This document shows, one piece after another, positions 57,367-64,000 of a stretch of DNA of 64,000 nt. The translations under genes and the position numbers were made by a program. The notes below the pieces were generated by a model. That model did not search any database. It saw only the letters and a program-made list of their open reading frames with translations, and had not been told where the DNA came from. How positions within the stretch are numbered: the first letter of the stretch is position 1; each line of letters starts with the position of its first letter. This DNA comes from a virus: IMG/VR virus record IMGVR_UViG_3300042888_000931, positions 1-64,000 of that record, one strand, 5' to 3'.

Positions 57367-58023
57367 ATGAGCATTGTAAAGGGAATCAAGAACATCAACG
57401 CCCTGCTCGACAGACCAAAGTACGAAAACGAAGGACCAAAGGTTAAGTGGCTAAAACTTGCCGATGGGCAATCAGTAAAGATCCGATTCATTGAAGAACT
57501 CGATGAGGATTCTGCAAACTATAATGAAAAGCGTGGACTAGCACTTGTTGTTAAGGAGCACGTAAATCCAAAGGACTACAAGCGTAAGGCTGTAGACACA
57601 ATGGAATCAGAAGGCCGTGACTGGGCAGAAGAAATGCACCGCAAGGATCCAAAGGCAGGATGGCGTGGCCGTCTTCGCTTCTATTGCAACGTTCTTGTTG
57701 ACGATGGAATTGAAGCACCGTATGTTGCAATCTGGTCAATGGGTATCAGCAAGCAGTCATCATTTAATACAATTCGTGAGTATGCACTTGAAACAGGAAG
57801 CATCTCAAACGTAATCTGGAAGTTAAAGCGTAATGGTCAGGGAACTGAAACCAATTACACACTTATTCCATCAGCACCAGATAAGGAACCATTCGATTGG
57901 AAAGATATCGAACCTTATCCTTTGGAGTCAGCACTAAAGAAGATTCCATACGCAGAACAAGAAGCGTTCTACTTGGGCTTTGATGGCCCATCTACTACCT
58001 CAGCAACAAACGCTGATTGGTAA
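57367..58023 (+). CDS. Single-stranded DNA-binding protein (gp32-like)
   Basis: WLKLADGQSVKIRF, KLKRNGQGTETNY; short tail ending DW; lies between primase and polymerase. Confidence 0.7.
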   Translation: MSIVKGIKNINALLDRPKYENEGPKVKWLKLADGQSVKIRFIEELDEDSANYNEKRGLALVVKEHVNPKDYKRKAVDTMESEGRDWAEEMHRKDPKAGWRGRLRFYCNVLVDDGIEAPYVAIWSMGISKQSSFNTIREYALETGSISNVIWKLKRNGQGTETNYTLIPSAPDKEPFDWKDIEPYPLESALKKIPYAEQEAFYLGFDGPSTTSATNADW

Positions 58024-58024
58024 T

Positions 58025-61000
58025 ATGAACTACGTAGGCTTACATGTCCACACCCATTTTAGTTTGTTTGATGGGATTGCTACTCCAGAAGAATACGTTG
58101 ACCGTGCAGTTGAGTTAGGGATGCCTGCAATAGCCATCACTGACCACGGTACTTTATCTGGGCATAGGGAACTGCACCGTATTGCAAAAGCAAAGGGCAT
58201 AAAGCCAATTCTTGGACTAGAGGGATACATGTGTGCAGACATATCTGATACACGAGATAAGTCTGAAAGAGAAGGTCAGCAAGATCTTGTCTACAACCAC
58301 ATTATCCTTCTAGCCAAGAATCAAATTGGTTTGGAAAACTTAAACAAGATTAGTGAACTATCTTGGACAGATGGTTTCTTTAAGAAGCCACGCTTTGACT
58401 TTACTATTTTAGAAAAGTATAAAGAAGGAATTATCGTAACTTCTGCTTGCCCAAGTAGCGTTTTAGTTAAAGCACTTGAAGAAGAAGAGTTTGCTCTTGC
58501 TAAGAAATATATATCTTGGTTTAAGGAACGCTTTGAAGATGACTACTATATTGAAGTCATGCCTCACAACGAAGCACATATTAATAAATATTTAATTGAA
58601 CTTGCAGATGAGTTTGGAATTAAGGTTGTTGTAACACCAGACTGCCACCATGTAGACTCGTCACAAAAAGAAGTTCAAGAATTTAAGTTGCTTATGAACA
58701 CCCACGGTAAGTTTGTAAAAGATGCAACATACGAGAAGTCAAAGAAAAAAGGCAACATGATGGAACGCCTTGACTATCTTTATGGCGAAGACCGTCAGAT
58801 CACATTTAATAAATTTGATATCCACCTACTCTCATACGAAGAGATTAAAGCAGCGATGGAATCGCAGGGTATTGATAGACCAGACATATATTCAAATACA
58901 CTTCTATTAGCAGATAAAGTAGAAGACTATGGCATTCAAGAAGGATTAAACCTACTACCAGTACAGTATAAGAGTCCTGACAAAGAACTTGCAAAGGTAG
59001 CATTAGAAGGTTTGGCAGAGAGAGGTTTGTCAGAAAACCAAGAGTATCTCGATAGACTTGAAGAAGAATTACAAATTATTAAAGATAAGAAGTTTGCTCC
59101 ATACTTCCTTGTTGTGAGTAACATGATCAACTGGGCAAAAAAGGAAGGAATTATGGTTGGGCCAGGTCGTGGTTCATCTGCTGGCTCTCTTGTTTGCTAC
59201 GCACTAAAAATTACAGACATTGATCCTATTGAACACAACCTTTTGTTCTTCCGTTTTATTAATCCAGAGCGTAATGACTTCCCAGATATTGATACAGATA
59301 TTCAAGATACTCGTCGTGAAGAAGTAAAAGACTATCTTGTTAGACAGTATCGACACGTTGCATCCATTGCTACCTTCCTTCAGTTTACTGGAAAGGGAAT
59401 TGTTAGAGATGTCTCAAGAGTTCTAAATATTCCTTTGTCAGATGTAAACAAGGTTTTGAAAACTGTAGACTCATGGGATGATTTCTGTACATCAAAATCA
59501 ACATACGAGTTTCGTGAGAAGTATCCAGAGGTAGAGGTTTACGGAGAACAACTTCGTGGTCGAATTCGTGGCACAGGTATTCACGCTGCTGGTGTTGTTA
59601 CTGCAAAAGAACCAATCTTTAGGTATGCCCCACTTGAAACAAGATCATCTACTGGGTCTGACGAAAGAATTCCAGTAGTTGGTGTTGACATGGAAGAGGC
59701 TGAAAGAATTGGTTTAATTAAGATTGATGCACTTGGTCTTAAGACTTTATCTGTTCTTAAGAATACAATTGACATTATTAAAGAACGAGATGGCAAAAAG
59801 ATTGATCTTCTTAAGATTAAGATGGACGATGCCAATGTATATCAGATGTTATCAGATGGATATACAAAGGGAGTGTTCCAGTGTGAAGCAGCACCATACA
59901 CAAACCTTCTTGTCAAGATGGGTGTCAAGAATCTAAATGAACTTGCAGCATCAAACGCACTTGTCCGTCCAGGTGCAATGAATACTATTGGTAAGGACTA
60001 TGTTGATCGCAAGCATGGTCGTCAAAACATTTCCTATACTCACCAAGTACTAAAACAATTTACGGAGGACACATATGGCTGTATTCTTTACCAGGAACAA
60101 GTTATGCAAGCATGCGTACACCTTGGCGGTATGTCCATGTCGGAAGCAGATAAAGTTAGAAAGATCATTGGAAAGAAAAAGGATGCTAAAGAATTTGATC
60201 AGTTTAAAGAAAAATTCGTAGAGGGAGCATCTAAATTCATTACTCCTCATGCTGCTTTAGATCTATGGCATGACTTTGAGGCTCACGCAGGGTACTCATT
60301 TAACAAGTCACACGCAGTAGCATACTCAACGCTATCATATTGGACAGCATGGTTAAAGTATTATTATCCACTTGAGTTTATGTACTCAGTGCTAAAGAAT
60401 GAAAAGGACAAGGATGCAAGAACTGAATATCTTATTGAAGCAAAGAGAATGGGTATTAGCGTTAAGTTACCTCACATTAACGATTCGGATATCGATTTTA
60501 AAATTGAGGGTAAGGGTATTCGGTTTGGGCTCACTGCTATCAAGTTCATATCTGACAAGATTGCAGAAAGATATATTGCAGCACGACCATTTAGTTCTTA
60601 CAAAGAACTTGAAGAGTTTACATTCACCAAGGGTAACGGAGTAAACAGTCGTGCACTACAAGCACTAAGAGTAATTGGTGCTGCAACATTCAATGATAAT
60701 CCTAGAAATGATCAGGATATTAAAGAGAACTTATATGAATACTTAAACCTTCCAGAGTTTAATATCACTATACCTTCTCACTACTATGCCTTCATTCAAG
60801 ATATTGTTGACTTTGAAGAAAAGGGATCATACATATTTATGGGTATGGTAAAATCAATTAAACGAGGAACAGGATGGTCACGAGTTGAAATTTTGGACAA
60901 AACTGGCAGTGTCGGTATATTTGACGACGAAAATACAACTATTGAGACGGGTCGTTCTTATCTTGTCTTGTGTAATGATAACAGGATTGTTTCTTTCATA

Positions 61001-61300
61001 CCTTCAGATGAGATAAAAGAATCATCACATGCTCTTGTAAAGTTCTTAAGTTACAAGCAGTTGCCATACAAGGATGATGAAATGTTTGTTGTATCGTTTA
61101 AGCCAAGGATCACAAAGGCTGGAAAGAAGATGGCATCTCTTACACTTGCAGATACGAGCAGAGACTTGCATTCTATTACAGTTTTTCCTACATCTTTTGC
61201 AAAGGCGTATATGCATATTGAAGAAGGAAAGTCATACAAGTTTGATTTTGGAAAGACTAAAGACGGAACAGTAACATTGGAGGATGTACATGTCAGTTAG
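58025..61300 (+). CDS. dnaE: DNA polymerase III alpha subunit (family C)
   Basis: PHP motifs HVHTHFS and TDHG; GRGSSAGS, PDIDTD, HAAGVV, KIDALGL, YSFNKSH. Confidence 0.95.
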   Translation: MNYVGLHVHTHFSLFDGIATPEEYVDRAVELGMPAIAITDHGTLSGHRELHRIAKAKGIKPILGLEGYMCADISDTRDKSEREGQQDLVYNHIILLAKNQIGLENLNKISELSWTDGFFKKPRFDFTILEKYKEGIIVTSACPSSVLVKALEEEEFALAKKYISWFKERFEDDYYIEVMPHNEAHINKYLIELADEFGIKVVVTPDCHHVDSSQKEVQEFKLLMNTHGKFVKDATYEKSKKKGNMMERLDYLYGEDRQITFNKFDIHLLSYEEIKAAMESQGIDRPDIYSNTLLLADKVEDYGIQEGLNLLPVQYKSPDKELAKVALEGLAERGLSENQEYLDRLEEELQIIKDKKFAPYFLVVSNMINWAKKEGIMVGPGRGSSAGSLVCYALKITDIDPIEHNLLFFRFINPERNDFPDIDTDIQDTRREEVKDYLVRQYRHVASIATFLQFTGKGIVRDVSRVLNIPLSDVNKVLKTVDSWDDFCTSKSTYEFREKYPEVEVYGEQLRGRIRGTGIHAAGVVTAKEPIFRYAPLETRSSTGSDERIPVVGVDMEEAERIGLIKIDALGLKTLSVLKNTIDIIKERDGKKIDLLKIKMDDANVYQMLSDGYTKGVFQCEAAPYTNLLVKMGVKNLNELAASNALVRPGAMNTIGKDYVDRKHGRQNISYTHQVLKQFTEDTYGCILYQEQVMQACVHLGGMSMSEADKVRKIIGKKKDAKEFDQFKEKFVEGASKFITPHAALDLWHDFEAHAGYSFNKSHAVAYSTLSYWTAWLKYYYPLEFMYSVLKNEKDKDARTEYLIEAKRMGISVKLPHINDSDIDFKIEGKGIRFGLTAIKFISDKIAERYIAARPFSSYKELEEFTFTKGNGVNSRALQALRVIGAATFNDNPRNDQDIKENLYEYLNLPEFNITIPSHYYAFIQDIVDFEEKGSYIFMGMVKSIKRGTGWSRVEILDKTGSVGIFDDENTTIETGRSYLVLCNDNRIVSFIPSDEIKESSHALVKFLSYKQLPYKDDEMFVVSFKPRITKAGKKMASLTLADTSRDLHSITVFPTSFAKAYMHIEEGKSYKFDFGKTKDGTVTLEDVHVS

Positions 61301-62300
61301 TATAGAAGAAGCATTAGCACAACTTGATCCTAAGTTGAGAAAAAGATTAGGCAGTGGAGTAGGTGTTAACTATGAGTACCAGCCAACCCCTAGTTATGGA
61401 TTAAATCGTGCACTAGGTGGTGGACTTCCTTATGGTAGACAGGTACTTATCTGGGGTTCAAAGTCTTCGGCAAAGTCTTCTATGTGCCTTCAGATGATTG
61501 CTTTAGCACAGGCAGAAGGAAAGTTGTGTGCCTGGATTGACTCAGAGATGTCATACTCTGAAGACTGGGCCAGAACTCTTGGGGTAGATCCAGAAAAACT
61601 AATCTACTCACAAGCAAGAACTATCAGTGACATGGTAGACGTTGGTGTTGGACTTATGAATGCTGGTGTAGACCTAATCGTGGTAGACTCTATTACATCA
61701 ATGCTTCCTGCAATCTATTTTGAAAAAGATACAGATGAAATGAAAGCGTTAGAAAATACAAAACAGATTGGAGCAGAATCCCGTGACTTTAGTAACGCAT
61801 GGAAAATGCTTAACTATGCAAACAATAAAGTTAAGCCAACTTTGCTTGTTCTTATTTCTCAGTCTCGTAATAATATTAATGCTATGTATACTAGCCAGCA
61901 GCCTTCTGGTGGTCAGGCTACTAAGTTTTATTCCTCATGTATTGTTAAACTCTTTTCTTCAGAGTCAGACAATCAAGCGATTAAGGGTAAGATCAAGGTA
62001 GGAGATAAATTAATTGAAGAAAAAATTGGCAGAACTATTAAGTGGGAACTCCAGTTCTCCAAAACCTCTCCAGGGTTCCAGTCTGGTGAGTATGATTTTT
62101 ATTTTAGAGGTGACAATATTGGTCTTGATACCATTGGTGATCTGGTTACTACCGCAGAACTAAACGGCATTGTAGAACGAACAGGTGCCTGGTATATCCT
62201 TCCTGACGGAACAAAGGTGCAAGGCAAAGAAGCATTTGTTAATCGTGTAAGGGAGGATCTTGATTTGCAAGAATCAATCAAGGCTAAACTAAATGGCTAG
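61290..62300 (+). CDS. recA: RecA/UvsX-like recombinase
   Basis: LNRALGGGLPYGR, WIDSE, VVDSI, SGGQATKFY, GAWY; the P-loop is the variant GSKSSAKS. Confidence 0.88.
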   Translation: MSVSIEEALAQLDPKLRKRLGSGVGVNYEYQPTPSYGLNRALGGGLPYGRQVLIWGSKSSAKSSMCLQMIALAQAEGKLCAWIDSEMSYSEDWARTLGVDPEKLIYSQARTISDMVDVGVGLMNAGVDLIVVDSITSMLPAIYFEKDTDEMKALENTKQIGAESRDFSNAWKMLNYANNKVKPTLLVLISQSRNNINAMYTSQQPSGGQATKFYSSCIVKLFSSESDNQAIKGKIKVGDKLIEEKIGRTIKWELQFSKTSPGFQSGEYDFYFRGDNIGLDTIGDLVTTAELNGIVERTGAWYILPDGTKVQGKEAFVNRVREDLDLQESIKAKLNG

Positions 62301-62472
62301 TTATACTGTTTATCAGGGTCAGTGGGTTTGCCACACATGCAAAGCAATAGTTCCAACATTGAGATGCTATGCTGAAACAAAAACATTAACTTGGATGTGC
62401 AAAGATAAGCATCTAACCACTGTATATCTGGGCAGAAGAAAGAAGAAAGATTTTGATGACGGAGAAGAGTGA
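62293..62472 (+). CDS. Small Zn-ribbon-like protein (59 aa, not in the ORF track)
   Basis: Own translation: MASYTVYQGQWVCHTCK...WMCKDKH...DFDDGEE*; fills the gap between recA and the resolvase. Confidence 0.6.
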   Translation: MASYTVYQGQWVCHTCKAIVPTLRCYAETKTLTWMCKDKHLTTVYLGRRKKKDFDDGEE

Positions 62473-62737
62473 GTCTAAAAGGATTGGTGCTAAGCAGCAC
62501 AAGAACTCTGGTCGTAATACCCAAAAGGGAGATGCTTCATGGAAAAACTTTGTCGTAGACTTTAAAGAGGTTGGCAAATCCTTTACTTTAAATAAAGAGG
62601 TTTGGGCTAAGGCTACTACAGATGCTATGAAGAATGGCAAGGACCCAGCCATAGTAGTCGTAATAGGCGAGGGTAACTCTAAGGTCAGACTTGCTATAAT
62701 TGAGATGAGTATTCTAGAAGACATGGTGGAGGAATAA
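62456..62737 (+). CDS. Holliday junction resolvase-like PD-(D/E)xK nuclease
   Basis: E...NSGR...KGDA...VDFKE...SFTL pattern. Confidence 0.65.
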   Translation: MTEKSESKRIGAKQHKNSGRNTQKGDASWKNFVVDFKEVGKSFTLNKEVWAKATTDAMKNGKDPAIVVVIGEGNSKVRLAIIEMSILEDMVEE

Positions 62738-63042
62738 TGGAACAGCAAGGAACAACAATAGATATGGTCAATGGTCTTTCAGAGATAGCAGACTATATGC
62801 AAGACGAAGAACTTACGGTAGCACTAACAATGATTGCTAAATTAATTATAAAGCCAGACATCCCAATCAATGTTGCTCACGTAGAGATTGTAAGGCTTCA
62901 GGCAATTGCTGCAAAGATGGCTTTTAAGGCTACCTGGATGGCTAATGTTGACAAGTCGGATCGTGGAAAGAAGAATCTTTATTATACGGCAGCAGAGTCG
63001 CTTAATAATTTAGTGTCTGCACTCAAATATATTACACGCTAA
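62737..63042 (+). CDS. Hypothetical protein
   Basis: GGAGG RBS; coupled helical ORF. Confidence 0.6.
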   Translation: MEQQGTTIDMVNGLSEIADYMQDEELTVALTMIAKLIIKPDIPINVAHVEIVRLQAIAAKMAFKATWMANVDKSDRGKKNLYYTAAESLNNLVSALKYITR

Positions 63043-63076
63043 TCTGCTATACTTATACTAATAGAAACGAGAAACG

Positions 63077-63892
63077 ATGACGAAGAATTTACTGCACACT
63101 GTAATGATAAAGCCAGAAGAAAAGCCGATTCACCGCATGGATATAGCGGGACTTGAGGCAAAGATTAAAGAAGGCTATACGATTACTCGTGTAGACAAGC
63201 ACACAACAAAGAAAACTTTTGCACCATCAACCATTGCTTATGGCCATGGAGAGTGTGCAAGATACTGGTACCTTGCATTTGATGGTCAGATTTTTGAAGA
63301 TAATGCAGACGCATACGCATCAGCAAATATGACTGCTGGCACTCTATCACATGCAAGAATTCAAAACGCAATGCTAAATGCTGGTATTGTTAAGGTTTTC
63401 CGTGATGAAAATAATGAAGCAACAACAGAGTTTAAGATTATAAATGAAGATCCTCCTATCTTTGGGTATGGGGATGTCATGTTTAATTGGCAGGGAGAAG
63501 AACTCATTGGTGAAATTAAAACAATGATGAACGAAGGGTTTGAATATAGAAAGGCATCAGGCAAGGCCAAGACTGGTCACTTGATGCAATTACTTATCTA
63601 TATGAAAATCTTAAAGAAACCAACAGGTGTTATGATTTATGAAAATAAAAATAATCATGAACTTCTTTTAATACCTGTAGATGTAAACGATCATTACCGT
63701 CGGTGGGTAGACCAGGCATTTGATTGGATGAGACTAGTTCGCAAGACATGGGAAGACAGAACCCTGCCAAACAAAAACTATAGATCAAATTCCAAGATAT
63801 GCAAGTCATGCCCAATTAAAAAAGCATGTGAGTCTGCAGGTCCAGGCGTGTTAAAGATAGCACCCCTGGAGATTCTAAGTGAGACACTGTAA
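63077..63892 (+). CDS. Cas4-like PD-(D/E)xK exonuclease
   Basis: CARYW, GYGD, GEIKT, QLLIY and C-terminal CKSCPIKKAC (4-Cys Fe-S staple). Confidence 0.8.
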   Translation: MTKNLLHTVMIKPEEKPIHRMDIAGLEAKIKEGYTITRVDKHTTKKTFAPSTIAYGHGECARYWYLAFDGQIFEDNADAYASANMTAGTLSHARIQNAMLNAGIVKVFRDENNEATTEFKIINEDPPIFGYGDVMFNWQGEELIGEIKTMMNEGFEYRKASGKAKTGHLMQLLIYMKILKKPTGVMIYENKNNHELLLIPVDVNDHYRRWVDQAFDWMRLVRKTWEDRTLPNKNYRSNSKICKSCPIKKACESAGPGVLKIAPLEILSETL

Positions 63893-64000
63893 CTTTTGCG
63901 ATAAACAATTTACTCAATCAGTATCGTATCAAATATACTGCTCTGTTGAATGTAGAGAACTTGCAACAAAAGAAAAAATTGCTGCAAGGTATATGCAATC
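63879..64000 (+). CDS. Zn-finger protein, truncated at window end
   Basis: Own translation from GTG 63879: MRHCNFCDKQF...YCSVECRE... Confidence 0.55.
   Translation, partial: MRHCNFCDKQFTQSVSYQIYCSVECRELATKEKIAARYMQ

Noticed and set aside
63077-63892. Cas4-like gene as evidence of a CRISPR-Cas system
   Set aside because: No array or other cas genes are present; solo Cas4-like nucleases are common in phage replication modules.
1-64000. Stop-codon reassignment, tRNA genes, introns or inteins
   Set aside because: Genes are full-length and tightly packed under the standard code with all three stops used. Intergenic gaps are short with no cloverleaf noticed. DnaE, DnaB, RecA and NrdJ have ordinary lengths.

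Overview
This window is 64 kb of a large, AT-rich tailed dsDNA phage with a siphovirus-type layout. Almost every gene is on the + strand. The host is probably an actinobacterium, possibly a freshwater one; this is inferred from many TGn-TANNNT extended -10 promoters 5-7 nt before an ATG (leaderless-type starts) and from the gene content. Order of modules: (1) 1-21.1 kb, fibre/appendage genes interleaved with two protein-modification cassettes. Locus A is a Pro/Thr-rich, Cys-module, PPFF-repeat fibre followed by a Cys-rich small protein, a 2OG-Fe(II) oxygenase, an O-fucosyltransferase-family enzyme and a GDP-mannose 3,5-epimerase. Locus B is an FN3 protein with about 100 aa of Pro/Phe repeat and a Cys tail, followed by seven prolyl-4-hydroxylase-like oxygenases, two DUF6065-like proteins, an FkbM-like methyltransferase and an SDR. 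(2) Class II ribonucleotide reductase. (3) Head and tail module: portal, protease/scaffold, major capsid, neck, major tail, duplicated tail chaperones, a 3154-aa tape measure and tail tip proteins. (4) Replication/recombination module: DnaB, primase, SSB, DnaE, RecA, resolvase and Cas4-like nuclease. The best candidate for an undescribed system is the pair of (Pro/Phe)-repeat, Cys-tailed virion proteins, each with its own hydroxylation/glycosylation enzymes. All family assignments are motif recognition by eye; no searches were run.
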